A stretch of DNA of 64,000 bases from a virus (taxonomy: Duplodnaviria; Caudoviricetes). The notes beneath the pieces were generated by a model. That model searched no databases, was not told the DNA's origin, and saw only the letters and a program-made list of their open reading frames with translations. The position numbers and the translations under genes were made by a program. The stretch spans positions 96,001 through 160,000 of IMG/VR virus record IMGVR_UViG_3300025150_000002; one strand, 5' to 3'. Position 1 is the first letter of the stretch; every line of letters starts with the position of its first letter. Positions 46,197-56,981 of the stretch are shown piece by piece.

Positions 46197-47783
46197 CTAC
46201 CCGTTGATCTGAGCACGGACGGCCGCAAACGGATCGTCATCATCATCACCGCTGGTGGTTTTACCCTCACCATCTACGACAGCCGAAGCCTTTCCGTGTC
46301 GCTTCGCGTAATTGTCCGCGTAGGCACTGTAGCGAACAGAAGGTGGTGAAATGATGCCCACGCCGATCAGCTGAGCCAGTCGATCGGCGTTGCAGTAAAA
46401 CTGCTCGTAGTTTGGGTGTGGTCCGCCAGCCCACTTGAAGAACATCTTTGAGCGCTCGATGTTCTCGTAGTCGTCCACGAGTACCTGGATCATCTCGTAG
46501 AGCTGCTTCCGGTCGTAGCGCTTCAGGAGCTCGCTGCCCCACTTCATGTATTTCCCATCCGGGGCCTTAGCGAGACCAGCAGAAGGGAAACGGGTGAGAA
46601 CCACCCTCCTGAAGTGGGTGAAGACCTGCCACGGGTTCTTCGGAACCTCGTCTACCGTCTCGGGGTCCGGGGTCGCCTCCTCGTAGATCTTCGAGGTGTC
46701 GGGTGAGATACCCTTGTCGCCGCCTGCGGAGCCTCCTACTGGGCTCCTACTGGTGACCACGTCCTTGATACCAGTTCGTGGTGTTCCCTTGCCCCTGACG
46801 CGCTCCAGACGCGCCCGGCGCTCCTCCTCTTGAGCCTTGGATGGCCTAGCCACATCGGTCTCCTTTTCTGACGCAGCGCGGCGTACAGACTCCGGTGCGG
46901 CGCGGCGTACAGACATCTGCTCTTGGTCACTTGTTGCGGTAGCGGTCGCGCCGCGCGTACGAGGGGGGACGCCCAAGGCACTCTTGTGCCTTGGTCCGTC
47001 CATCCCGTAAGGGATATCTAAGCTCTTCTCTAGAAGTTCATCTGTACCGGGGAGCAGTGGGTTGCCAGTACGGTGGCAACTGGTTGCCAGTACTACTGGC
47101 AACTGGTTGCCAGTACGGTGGCAACTGGTTGCCAGTACTACCCCCCCTAGTACTGGCAGTGGGTTGCCAGTACTAGGTGGTTCACCCCCCAAAATTACTG
47201 GCAACCCACTGCCAGTACTTGAGTCCGGCAGCCTCACGTTTGCAGCCAGTTGGGTGGCTCCATCATCCCGAGGGTCATCGCTTACGTGCGTCTCACCCTC
47301 ATCGGCAGGTGTCTCCAGCGTGAACCCTCCGGTATACGTCTCGGGTCGTCCGGTCCGCCTCACGGCCTGTCGAGGTCGATAGGGACGACGCTGGAGGGTT
47401 TTCACGCCGCCCGAGGTCTCGACGTAGGTCTTGGCGTCCAAGAGTCGGTTTGAGAGAAGCTCCTCTGGAGACATTATTGGAGGGGTCTCGTTGATGATGT
47501 AGACCGGGTAACGGTGGTCGTTGCCCACCGGCTGGATGGAGATCAACCCAGCGCGTTCGAGACTCCGTGTCGAGTTGAAGATGGTGCGCTCCGAGACCTT
47601 CATGATCCCTGCGAGGCACTGCTTGGTAAGCCTGCAGATCCTCGGCTCATTCGACTTGGTCTTCCGACAATAGGAGACCATGATCATGAATAGTCTTAGG
47701 TCGTTGCTGGTGATGTCTGGAGACCTAATGATGTCGTCAAAGACCTGCGAGAACAGGCGGGTCGGCTTCTTGTTGTCGCTCAC
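46197..47783 (-). CDS. replication initiator (N-terminal wHTH, internal iterons)
   Basis: LAGIMKVSERTIFNSTRSLERAGLI wHTH; embedded repeat cluster; lies upstream of DnaC/DnaB/primase. Confidence 0.75.
   Translation of the reverse strand: MSDNKKPTRLFSQVFDDIIRSPDITSNDLRLFMIMVSYCRKTKSNEPRICRLTKQCLAGIMKVSERTIFNSTRSLERAGLISIQPVGNDHRYPVYIINETPPIMSPEELLSNRLLDAKTYVETSGGVKTLQRRPYRPRQAVRRTGRPETYTGGFTLETPADEGETHVSDDPRDDGATQLAANVRLPDSSTGSGLPVILGGEPPSTGNPLPVLGGVVLATSCHRTGNQLPVVLATSCHRTGNPLLPGTDELLEKSLDIPYGMDGPRHKSALGVPPRTRGATATATSDQEQMSVRRAAPESVRRAASEKETDVARPSKAQEEERRARLERVRGKGTPRTGIKDVVTSRSPVGGSAGGDKGISPDTSKIYEEATPDPETVDEVPKNPWQVFTHFRRVVLTRFPSAGLAKAPDGKYMKWGSELLKRYDRKQLYEMIQVLVDDYENIERSKMFFKWAGGPHPNYEQFYCNADRLAQLIGVGIISPPSVRYSAYADNYAKRHGKASAVVDGEGKTTSGDDDDDPFAAVRAQING
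47055..47220. repeat. iteron-like direct and inverted repeats, probable replication origin
   Basis: Repeated GTTGCCAGTAC and its inverse TGGCAAC/TACTGGC; translated as TGN(P/Q)LPV(L/V)L repeats. Confidence 0.8.
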
Positions 47784-48103
47784 TTCGCACCCGCGCTGGC
47801 CAACTGTCTAAGGAGACTGTACCCGTTGTCCAAGTGAAGCACTTCGATGTGCAACCAGGTTGAACCTTTGTCGACGCTGAGAAGCTCTAGCCCTACAAGC
47901 TTCTTCAGACCCTTGCGGACCGTAGAGACGCTGAAGTGGGTCTCCTTGGCGAGCTGGTCATAGCTGCCGTAGTCAGAGGGGTTGTGGTAATGAGTCCGAT
48001 ACTCGGCTGCGACGAAGAGGTAGATCAGCTTCTCTGAAGCTGTCAGGCCTGCATCACGAATGATGCGACCCGTTACCTCCGTCAGCGGTCTACGCCTTGG
48101 CAA
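47780..48103 (-). CDS. small winged-HTH protein
   Basis: LTASEKLIYLFV...LAKETHFSVSTVRKGLKKLVGLELL. Confidence 0.75.
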   Translation of the reverse strand: MPRRRPLTEVTGRIIRDAGLTASEKLIYLFVAAEYRTHYHNPSDYGSYDQLAKETHFSVSTVRKGLKKLVGLELLSVDKGSTWLHIEVLHLDNGYSLLRQLASAGAK

Positions 48104-48440
48104 CGAACTGCTCCGACGAGCTATTAAGCGTGATCAACCCGGTGTAGGGACCGCGCCTACTCTCGCGGGAGATAAACCCACGCTCCTCAAGTCGGACGAG
48201 CACTTCGGCCACTGTTCGCTTGGCGAGGCCGGTTCGATCGGCGATACCATCAAGACCATCGTCGATTTCTTTCGACTCGGTGCACAAGTCCATCAGGACA
48301 GCGAACACCCTAACCTCAGACGAGGACAGAGTCCGATCGCTTACAAGTTGTCGAGGGACACGAAGATACCCATGTTCGCTGATAGACACACGAACCTCTA
48401 ATCGATGAGTATTTTGTTGAACCTGGGCGTTACAGCCCAA
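48090..48440 (-). CDS. small winged-HTH protein (start uncertain)
   Basis: LSSSEVRVFAVL...IADRTGLAKRTVAEVLVRLEERGFI. Confidence 0.75.
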   Translation of the reverse strand: MGCNAQVQQNTHRLEVRVSISEHGYLRVPRQLVSDRTLSSSEVRVFAVLMDLCTESKEIDDGLDGIADRTGLAKRTVAEVLVRLEERGFISRESRRGPYTGLITLNSSSEQFVAKA

Positions 48441-48446
48441 GGGGCG

Positions 48447-48474
48447 AGTCTAGAAAGACTGGCAAGAATTGCAA
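48447..48474 (-). promoter_or_regulatory. sigma70-like promoter for the replication operon
   Basis: TTGCAA-N16-TAGACT on the minus strand. Confidence 0.4.
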
Positions 48475-48815
48475 GTCTTTCTCTTAAGACATCACAAACC
48501 AACAGCCGCAACTGAAGACACAGCTTCGACTTTTATCGGGACCGCCAGGCTGGTCTTGCGGTGATGACGTGTGACCGCCAGTTAACCGTGCTTCTAGGGA
48601 GACGACGGGCGCCGATAATACGACGGAGTTCGATAGCGTTGGTGAAGTGACCACCTCGAACCACGCAATCCAACAGATGGTCGAACTGGCACGACAGATA
48701 ACCGCCGTCCAACGACGGGCCGTGCACCAGGTCAAGTGTGTGGAGCTCGAATGCCCCTGACTCGTAGTCGATGAACCCTCGCGATGAGAACGTGACTAAC
48801 CCCTGAGTGATGAGA

Positions 48816-50726
48816 TTACGCCAGCGAGCGAGATCGCCATGAAACCCGACATCCACCATTATCCCAGGCTCCCCTGGCGGCTCGCCTGATGCCTGTCTCA
48901 GGACCCGACTCGAATCCCCAGGCACGTCCGCGCTGTTGTGCGTCGGGGGTGTATGGAAGATCTGAGGCGACGGCTGACGGCCAATAGGATCGGACGGACG
49001 GCATTGTGAACCAGGTGAATTCTCCGATGAGAGATCGGTTGGCCGGGGCGCGACCCTGTAGACATCTTGATTCTTGTTCAAGCATGGCCGCAGTAGCGGC
49101 TCGGATAAAGCTGTCGTCTCTGGAGAGGAGAGGGGTCCACTTCTCGACGAGGCTTGCGATGATGGAGTCGGGGTGAAGGTGGGCTGGAAAGATTGTGCTA
49201 AGTGCGGCACCTCCAGGCCGCCCTCGTTCCAATTCCGTCATCTGGCTCGTCGAACAGGCGCGGATCTCTGATGACGATACTGGCTGTGTCACAGGGCCAG
49301 CTGAGGCCTCGGACCGCGACTCTGACGCCACCGTTGTAGGCTCTGTGGATTCTGGCGAGCTCCCGCTCCCAGATTTCACGTGGGTAGATGCGACTGCTGT
49401 TGATGGGATGGATACAGGTGAACGGGCGGCTGATACGAAAGGGTGGTCACCTCGCTCTCCAGGCGGATCGGAGTCCACAATCTGTTGGTGCTGAGCTGAG
49501 CTGTTGCCAGATTCGTTCTGCGTGCCAGGGCACGTGGGGGTAGGACGGTCCTCTGATACAAGCTCCTGGATCTGAAGATCGTTCAGGAACACGGTCATCG
49601 TAGGGTCCGGGCAGACCTCGCCATGAGCGACGAACCCGCTCACCGGAGCACCAGACGTGTTCTCGGACCACATGCAGCGCGTCCACTCGAAGACATTGCC
49701 GCAGTTGTCGTGGAGGCCCCAGTTGTTGGGGTCCTTCAGACCAACAGCCTTGTGCCCCTCTTCCCAGTCTCCACCGAACCAGGCGATCTTCTCTAGATCA
49801 CTGTCGTTGTCTCCGTTCGGATAGCGAGTGGTCGTGCCAGCCCGTGCCGCGTATTCCCACATAGCCTCTGACGGGAGCTGAAAGCCGCACCTTTCACCCT
49901 TCGAGTTCCAGAGCCAGGACTGATACGCCTTCTCTACCGGCTCAGAGAAGATCAGCGCACCGAACTCGCTGATGTCCACCTCACCATCGCTACGACGTGT
50001 GATGGGACCAAAAGGCGTGAGGTCGGCGATTCCGAATTCGACATCAAGCCACCGCACGTAGTCGGATCGCTTGTCGCCCTTTCCCACCCGGAAGAGGGCG
50101 TTGAAGCGCCTCGCGAAGTCGATGCGATTGATCCAGTCCTCGACCTCGCGACACCGGTCCCAACTGACGGACTCGACAGGGTGGTCGCCCCAAAGCCGTT
50201 CATGATCGTCCGCTAGGTCCAGACGCACGGTGTCTGGAATTGATGGAACGCTTCGAGAGTCCTCTGATGTCGAGAACTCGGGGTGCAACTCCTCGACCAT
50301 TGCCCTGGTAGGGAAGTGGGATGGAAACTCACCCGTGACCCGATGCCACTCGCGGCCGGTCCACGGATATTTTGCCATCAAGAATGGCTCGTCGAAGACC
50401 CTCCGAACTGGAGCTGGAGGGTCCTCGTTTTCGTCTTCCTCATCGTCTTCGATGTCCTCGTCTTCGATGGATCGAGTAGGGCCCATCATGAACTCGCCGG
50501 CCGGGAGCAACACGAAGAGCATCCCGGTTGTCTTGTGACGAAACTCGGCAAGTCCCTGAGCATTCAGCCCCGCCGCCGAGTAGAGGGTCGTCTCCTCTAC
50601 TCGAAGGTGGTAGGGGATTTCGGCCCCAGACCGGCTAATTGCTGAGATCAGCTCTAGAAGATCATCGTGGGTTCTAGAGGAGTTGCTGTATCGGCGTTCT
50701 GCGTCGCGCAACCTGGCATCAGACAT
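48816..50726 (-). CDS. FGE-sulfatase (C-type lectin fold) domain protein with degenerate C-terminus
   Basis: LPAGEFMMG, MAKYPWT, HPVESVSW, LPSEAMWEYAARAG, NNWGLHDNCGNVFEW; similarity collapses afterwards. Confidence 0.75.
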   Translation of the reverse strand: MSDARLRDAERRYSNSSRTHDDLLELISAISRSGAEIPYHLRVEETTLYSAAGLNAQGLAEFRHKTTGMLFVLLPAGEFMMGPTRSIEDEDIEDDEEDENEDPPAPVRRVFDEPFLMAKYPWTGREWHRVTGEFPSHFPTRAMVEELHPEFSTSEDSRSVPSIPDTVRLDLADDHERLWGDHPVESVSWDRCREVEDWINRIDFARRFNALFRVGKGDKRSDYVRWLDVEFGIADLTPFGPITRRSDGEVDISEFGALIFSEPVEKAYQSWLWNSKGERCGFQLPSEAMWEYAARAGTTTRYPNGDNDSDLEKIAWFGGDWEEGHKAVGLKDPNNWGLHDNCGNVFEWTRCMWSENTSGAPVSGFVAHGEVCPDPTMTVFLNDLQIQELVSEDRPTPTCPGTQNESGNSSAQHQQIVDSDPPGERGDHPFVSAARSPVSIPSTAVASTHVKSGSGSSPESTEPTTVASESRSEASAGPVTQPVSSSEIRACSTSQMTELERGRPGGAALSTIFPAHLHPDSIIASLVEKWTPLLSRDDSFIRAATAAMLEQESRCLQGRAPANRSLIGEFTWFTMPSVRSYWPSAVASDLPYTPDAQQRGRAWGFESGPETGIRRAARGAWDNGGCRVSWRSRSLA

Positions 50727-50750
50727 ATGCTGCTCCTAGACGTAGACCTT

Positions 50751-52424
50751 TTACCCGAAAAGGGAGAAGAAACCTCGCTTTGCTCCGGTGATGACGACTG
50801 TGAAGCTGGCGCTGTTGTTCAGGGTGCGTCCGTCGACCACCAGCCGCACCAGCCCCTTGACCTTGTTGCGGCCCAGATCACTGGTCGTCCAGGTCAGCCG
50901 GTGGCGAAGACCGTCCGGGGATGTCGCGTAGCGCTGGGCCACACCCCTCAGGGCGCAAACCTTCCACGACCTACCACCATCGAGCGAGTAGTCGATTGAG
51001 ACCGTAACGGGCCGCGAATCGCTGTTACGCAGCACAAAGGTGAGCTCCAGGTCGCCCTTTCCGGCGAACGACCCCTCCTTGAACCAGGCGTAGGTCAGGC
51101 CGGTGCTCGCGATGTCGTGGGTCTGACCGCCGACCGACCCGCTGAGCTTGAGGAGCTCGTCGCTGTTGAGCGGGCCGCGAAGGTAGCTGTAGGCCCACCG
51201 AATCTTGGTCACGGCATGATCGCCGGCTCGCTTGAGCACCAGGAAGTGACGCTGGGGGATCGCCGACAGCGTAGCCTGATCGACGTTCCGGTTCTCCAGC
51301 TCCTTCTTGAGGTCGCGGGCGCAGTCCCGAGGACGAAGGTTCCCGAGGAACCAGGTACCGACGTTGGTCAGCGCCTTGTAGTCCATGTCGTTCGGGTTCT
51401 GAGTCCCGATCAACATGCCGATACCCTGAGCACGGCCCTGCGCCAGGAGGGTGCAGATCGGCTTCTTGGTCGGGGGATTCTTCGGGTAGGGCGGCAGGTA
51501 ACCGCGCGCCTCATCGATTACGACGAGCAGCTTCAGCTTGTTGCTCGCCGGCATGCGGAACATGTAGTCGACAATCGATGACAGCAGCATCGCTGCGAAG
51601 AACTGCCGCTCGTTCTCGTCCAGGTGGCGCAGGGTGAACACCGACACCTTGGGCTTGTCGGATCCTACATACCTGTCGACCGACAGGGGACCACCGTCTA
51701 GCCACTTGGCCGCCTGACGGCGGAAGCCGACAATGGACCGCGCGATCTGCATCCGGCGCTTCTTCGGGAAGAAGTCGTCCAGCTTAAGACCATCGATGGT
51801 CTGGAACTTCGCGGGCGGGTTGTTGAGCACGGCGGCCCAGGTCTCCAGTCCGGCGGGGGTTTGCGTCTGCCAGGCGTCGACCACGACATCGGTCAAGAGC
51901 ACGTTTGCCGGGTCCGTCATGGGGTCGGCCGTGTGCCCGATCGCGCTAAGGATCGATGCGACAAGCGATGCGGCCCGATCACGCAGCGCCTGCTCGCTGT
52001 GATCCCCAACCGGACGGTCAAAGGAGGCCAACACGTTGACGGCCTGTCCGCCACCCTGGGTCTTACCCGGCGCGTAGATGGTGACCTCGGCTGAGTCTTT
52101 CCACCTCTTGACGTTAGGTGCCAGGTGACCAAGCTCATCACGGGCGCGCTCCGCCGCCTCTACTGGATCCTTGCCGTCCTCCATCCAGGGGGTGAACTCC
52201 TCGCTGGTCAGGTTGGGGAATGCGAGCGCCAGGTTGGTGAGGTCGCCCTTAGGATCGATCACGATCGCAGAGGCACCGCTGAGGACAGCCTCCTCAATGA
52301 TGGCGACCGTGGCTCCGGTCTTACCCGAGCCCGTCTTCCCCAGAACCACACCGTGGGTCGTAAGGTCAGCCGGGTCAATGGTCAGCTGCGATCCATCGTT
52401 CGTGTATCCGATCAGCATGGTCAT
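50751..52424 (-). CDS. HerA/FtsK/DUF853-like P-loop ATPase with C-terminal beta domain
   Basis: HGVVLGKTGSGKT, IVIDPKGD, VIDEARGY, QGRAQG..GTQNP. Confidence 0.85.
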   Translation of the reverse strand: MTMLIGYTNDGSQLTIDPADLTTHGVVLGKTGSGKTGATVAIIEEAVLSGASAIVIDPKGDLTNLALAFPNLTSEEFTPWMEDGKDPVEAAERARDELGHLAPNVKRWKDSAEVTIYAPGKTQGGGQAVNVLASFDRPVGDHSEQALRDRAASLVASILSAIGHTADPMTDPANVLLTDVVVDAWQTQTPAGLETWAAVLNNPPAKFQTIDGLKLDDFFPKKRRMQIARSIVGFRRQAAKWLDGGPLSVDRYVGSDKPKVSVFTLRHLDENERQFFAAMLLSSIVDYMFRMPASNKLKLLVVIDEARGYLPPYPKNPPTKKPICTLLAQGRAQGIGMLIGTQNPNDMDYKALTNVGTWFLGNLRPRDCARDLKKELENRNVDQATLSAIPQRHFLVLKRAGDHAVTKIRWAYSYLRGPLNSDELLKLSGSVGGQTHDIASTGLTYAWFKEGSFAGKGDLELTFVLRNSDSRPVTVSIDYSLDGGRSWKVCALRGVAQRYATSPDGLRHRLTWTTSDLGRNKVKGLVRLVVDGRTLNNSASFTVVITGAKRGFFSLFG

Positions 52425-52518
52425 AGTCTGTTCTGCCTTTTAGGTGATCTCGGGTATCACCTGATAGGCGAACTGGTGCGGATGCATCGAGTTATCCGAA
52501 GGGGATCAAGCCGTGGCC

Positions 52519-53040
52519 ATGAACATCAAGGAATTTTTCAAGGCGAGGGACGACTCTGATCGAAGAAGTCGGTTCAACCCTAACCGTAACCTTCGGCTGT
52601 CCTATGTTCGTACGGAGCCAAAGGGATGGCCGCTGACACGGCCTGCCACCAGTATCGAGTGGGCGCATGTGCTCAAGGTTATGATCATGCGCCGCGTCCC
52701 GAAGTCGGGACCGATACATCAGATCAAACTGATCCGGTACGTATCAGAGGACTTGTTGGCCGCCAGCGCGGCGGGCAAGATCTACGTAGACAATGACTTC
52801 GTCGAGATGCGAAGGGTCATGGGAGTCTTCGAGAACATGTGCGGACGAGATAGGACGCTGCGCACAGCCCCTTTCATGGAGGATCCGGATATGGCCTATG
52901 AAGCACCAGCTGTTTACAGAACGGACGCGGCAGATCGCTGGCTGGAGAGGGTCCCGGTCGTCGTTATGGCGGTTGTGAACCAACTCCCAACTACGAGTGT
53001 ACTCGACATGATGGTCCAGGCATTGTTGGATGATGAGTAG
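52519..53040 (+). CDS. hypothetical protein
   Basis: About 173-aa ORF with plausible RBS. Confidence 0.6.
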   Translation: MNIKEFFKARDDSDRRSRFNPNRNLRLSYVRTEPKGWPLTRPATSIEWAHVLKVMIMRRVPKSGPIHQIKLIRYVSEDLLAASAAGKIYVDNDFVEMRRVMGVFENMCGRDRTLRTAPFMEDPDMAYEAPAVYRTDAADRWLERVPVVVMAVVNQLPTTSVLDMMVQALLDDE

Positions 53041-53251
53041 GGAACCCATCCCCCGAGTGGACCACCGTTTTTGTGGTTTTGATGATCTTCCAGCTCCCTG
53101 AGCTGGGTAGCCCTAGCACGGCCGACGCGACGGCCTTTAGCGCGGCGTCCTCGCTGGTGAACGCCCCAGCATTGCAGAGCAGGACCCCACGTCGACTAAA
53201 CAGGAGCAGGGTGTAGTTGACATCGTTGGGTTGATCCACATCAGGTCCTTG

Positions 53252-53680
53252 TCATATCTCAGCCAGCTTGTCCAGGATGTTGATTTGTTTGGCCGTTGGG
53301 CGTGGTACGGAATCCGACACGAACATCGGCGTGTTGAAGTCTACTGTGATGCCACCCTCTGGGTGGCGCGCGTAGGCCTCGCAGTGACGGATGGCTTGTA
53401 GCACGTCCCAGGCAATCTTGCCCCTCTCCGAAGGGCAAGAGGATATTCCGTAGGAGTGACTTGGTCCGCCGGTTAGGTCTGGGAAGATGCTCACTTTCAC
53501 CTCCTCCATGAGGGCCTCGATCTTGCCTACGTCGATGTCTTGGCAGAAGAACTGCTCCCTGATGGTGTGAAATTGTCCGATGTGGATCCGGGCGAGCACG
53601 TCAAGCGCGGTTACGACCACTCGTGCCTGCTCAGGGGTGAGGGTCACTCGGATAAAGTAGTTCTCGTCCCGTTGGGTCAT
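53252..53680 (-). CDS. hypothetical protein
   Basis: ATG 53680 just after the GGTATAAA motif; ends ILDKLAEI. Confidence 0.6.
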   Translation of the reverse strand: MTQRDENYFIRVTLTPEQARVVVTALDVLARIHIGQFHTIREQFFCQDIDVGKIEALMEEVKVSIFPDLTGGPSHSYGISSCPSERGKIAWDVLQAIRHCEAYARHPEGGITVDFNTPMFVSDSVPRPTAKQINILDKLAEI

Positions 53681-53746
53681 GGACGATTTATACCGCGTAC
53701 GGTTGTCGGAGGCGCCAGGTAGAAGAACAGTGAAGGGGTGCGGGAA

Positions 53747-54214
53747 ATGAGCCAACCGACTAGAGACCCTAAGGTGGTGGCGAAAGCGGCTGCTAAGGCT
53801 CTATCGCGCGAGTATGAGGCCTCGCTGACCGACGAGCAGAGGCAAGACCTCGCCAAATGGTGGATGCTTAGCATGGCTCGAAGAGAGCCAATCCGCACAA
53901 CATCAACTGATACTTCGGAGTCGGGGTTGACCGAGAGCTACGAGCCCGCGAAGGCGTTCGCCGAGCTACCTTCTGCGGTGCAGAAGCAGGTCAAGAAGCT
54001 CCTGTCGCAGTACAGCACCGATAAGATCTATGACATTTGCCTGGGCCTAGCGCCTCGTATTCGTAGTTTCGTCAAGCGTATCTGGAAGCGAGAGGACAAG
54101 AACGGCGAGGACTGGCCCACTATTGCGAGTGAGATGGCTGAGACAGCTCACAAGATCCTGATGCATCGGATTGACATCGTCCTTTTCTTCGGTGTGTGTG
54201 GAGCGAGACGGTGA
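53747..54214 (+). CDS. hypothetical protein
   Basis: Helical 155-aa ORF. Confidence 0.55.
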   Translation: MSQPTRDPKVVAKAAAKALSREYEASLTDEQRQDLAKWWMLSMARREPIRTTSTDTSESGLTESYEPAKAFAELPSAVQKQVKKLLSQYSTDKIYDICLGLAPRIRSFVKRIWKREDKNGEDWPTIASEMAETAHKILMHRIDIVLFFGVCGARR

Positions 54215-54501
54215 GGTGCCATCCGAGGATCGGATGTGTCGGATGACTCAGGCCAGACGCGAGTGCGATGCGCTTCTGACCGTCTTCGCGCATTATTTCA
54301 CCATCGGATCTAGCACGAAGCTTGCGGCTAACTGCACTACTTACGCGATGGCAGATAACAAGGCACAGCTCCTGGGCGGGCTGATCGATGTTGTCGACTC
54401 CGGGCGAATCGATCCACAGCGAAGAAGATCTCGGGTCAACGCCGCCATGAACCTAATCAAGACCAACGGCTGGAAAATGCCTGAGAGAGATAAGTGATCT
54501 A

Positions 54502-54966
54502 GTGGCTAAGCGGAAAAAGAAGAAGAGCGCCGTTGCCGGACTGATGGATCTCATGGATGATGAGGTCGTAGAGCCGGTTTCTGATCAAGCTTCTGAGCCG
54601 GCGCACGCCGCTCCGAAGAAGGAGGCCGCTGTAAGCGCTCCAGGAACCTGCGGAGTGTGCAGCCAGATCAGGACCATCGCCTACTACGATGCCGACGAGA
54701 ACTTGGAGCTACCTGGTCACCCAGATCGAATCGATCGACCGATCTGCGTTGACTGCGCCGCCGACTACGAGCTTCGAGATAAATGCGCTTACGCTGTTTT
54801 TGCGGCTATGCGCGTCGCGCTAGAGAAGCAGGGGCTGGGGGCTTACGAGGTGGATCAAGCGATTCAAGTCGCCTGGAGGTCCTTCATGGTCGCCAGTGAT
54901 AGCGCCGCCCTCATCAAAACCGCCAAGCAGCTCAAGGTCAATCACCCCTGGCTGAACAAGAAGTGA
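54502..54966 (+). CDS. hypothetical protein with CxxC motifs
   Basis: CGVC and CVDC; basic N-terminus. Confidence 0.65.
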   Translation: MAKRKKKKSAVAGLMDLMDDEVVEPVSDQASEPAHAAPKKEAAVSAPGTCGVCSQIRTIAYYDADENLELPGHPDRIDRPICVDCAADYELRDKCAYAVFAAMRVALEKQGLGAYEVDQAIQVAWRSFMVASDSAALIKTAKQLKVNHPWLNKK

Positions 54967-55018
54967 TCCCTCCCTTAGTCTAAGGGGAGAAGGTAGTCTC
55001 CATTTAGGAGGCTACCAA

Positions 55019-55795
<777 letters not shown>

Positions 55796-55796
55796 T

Positions 55797-56168
55797 GAAA
55801 AGAGCGCCGGGAGTCGAACCCGGGAGACCACCCATGGTGTCCTGTCTAAGTCGGACATGGGTGTGTAGTCGACAACCCTGAAACCAGTTAGCCAGGCAGT
55901 CTCGCATACGAGGTGCTAACGAGCAGGCGGCCCATTTGCACGACCCAACTCTCCCTCGACGTCGCTTTCATTATGAGCCCAACCAGTAACAGGTATCACC
56001 ACGCCGCCACCTTACGGCGTCTCCGCTCTTGTTGATGCCAGGAACTCTCATCCTGGGGAGGCTTGACGATTTTCTAAAATCGCCACTTACCCGGACTTAC
56101 ACCGGTCCACCGGCCCTAGCACTAGTGTTGCTCAAGAAACCTTCTCCCTCGTCCCCATTATCGCCCCT
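55797..56168 (-). ncRNA. tmRNA-like RNA
   Basis: T-arm CCGGG-TTCGACT-CCCGG, 3' CGCTCTT pairing with 5' AGGGGCG about 370 nt upstream, pk1-like CCGGtGGAC-CGGt-gtaa-GTCC, UAAGU|GGC resume-like site; ORF-poor interval. Confidence 0.55.
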
Positions 56169-56307
56169 GACGGGGTCTATTAGTTCGAGGCATCCAGTCC
56201 CTGCACCGGTCGCTAGGGGATCGGCACGCGGCCGTCATTCCGCGCTTACACCAACAGAGGTAGCGTAGCTCGGAAACATCCACTTCCAGTGGATTACCGC
56301 CCCACCT

Positions 56308-56574
56308 CTACCTCCATTTTACCCCGAACCGACGAGGGCGTCGTGTCGTACGAGGGTCGATCAACTCATCCAGGACTGTTCTCTCTTCGAGGATCAGACC
56401 AGCGGAAAAGCCGAGAGCTTGAGCGACCAAGGCGACATCGCGCAACCGCACGTCTTGATGTCCGCGTAAGACGTCCCTGACCGTTCGACAGCTAATACCA
56501 AGGATCCGAGCGAGTTCCCGGGGCTTCAGGCCTCGATCTTCGAGCTCGGCGCGGAGCAGGGCGGGTCCAGGCAT
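56308..56574 (-). CDS. XRE/Cro-like HTH regulator
   Basis: GLKPRELARILGISCRTVRDVLRG...VAQALG. Confidence 0.8.
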   Translation of the reverse strand: MPGPALLRAELEDRGLKPRELARILGISCRTVRDVLRGHQDVRLRDVALVAQALGFSAGLILEERTVLDELIDPRTTRRPRRFGVKWR

Positions 56575-56924
56575 CGGTGTCCCTCCGCAGCCATCCTATC
56601 CAACACTCCGGGCATCAGTGCGAGCTTGGCCGCCTTTATGGAGAGATAGTGTCTAACCGGCACGCCGTCGATGAAGATCCCCCATACCTTCTTGCTCTTA
56701 CGGTATCGGATCTCACCGTTGGTGACCTCAAGCGACTTGAAGGGGGTGACCACGCACACCACGTATCGCGTCCGAAAGCGTCTCTTGCTGCGTCGGCGCA
56801 GCACAAATGAGCCTACTGGGTGTGCATTCCGATCGATGTAACGATCGTTGCTGCGGAAGAAGTCTACCCAGTGAAGAGTCGGGTGCTGCTTGATGTCCTC
56901 GTGCCAGTCCGTGAGGTTGTTCAT
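56571..56924 (-). CDS. hypothetical protein
   Basis: Probable start MNNLTD; stop overlaps next ATG. Confidence 0.55.
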
Positions 56925-56981
56925 CGGCTCGTCCTGTCCCAAGTCAACGCCCGGTATAATCTGATCAGCACCGGAGTTGCC

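Noticed and set aside
47055-47220. Repeat cluster as a CRISPR array
   Set aside because: Units are short, partly inverted, lack unique 30-nt spacers and lie in frame inside the initiator gene; iterons fit better. No cas genes seen.
48484-50726. Complete diversity-generating retroelement
   Set aside because: No reverse transcriptase, Avd or TR/VR repeat pair identified in the window.
55800-55885. Standard tRNA at the TTCGACT arm
   Set aside because: No matching 5' acceptor strand, D-arm or anticodon arm within 70-90 nt; treated as the 3' end of a longer tmRNA-like RNA.
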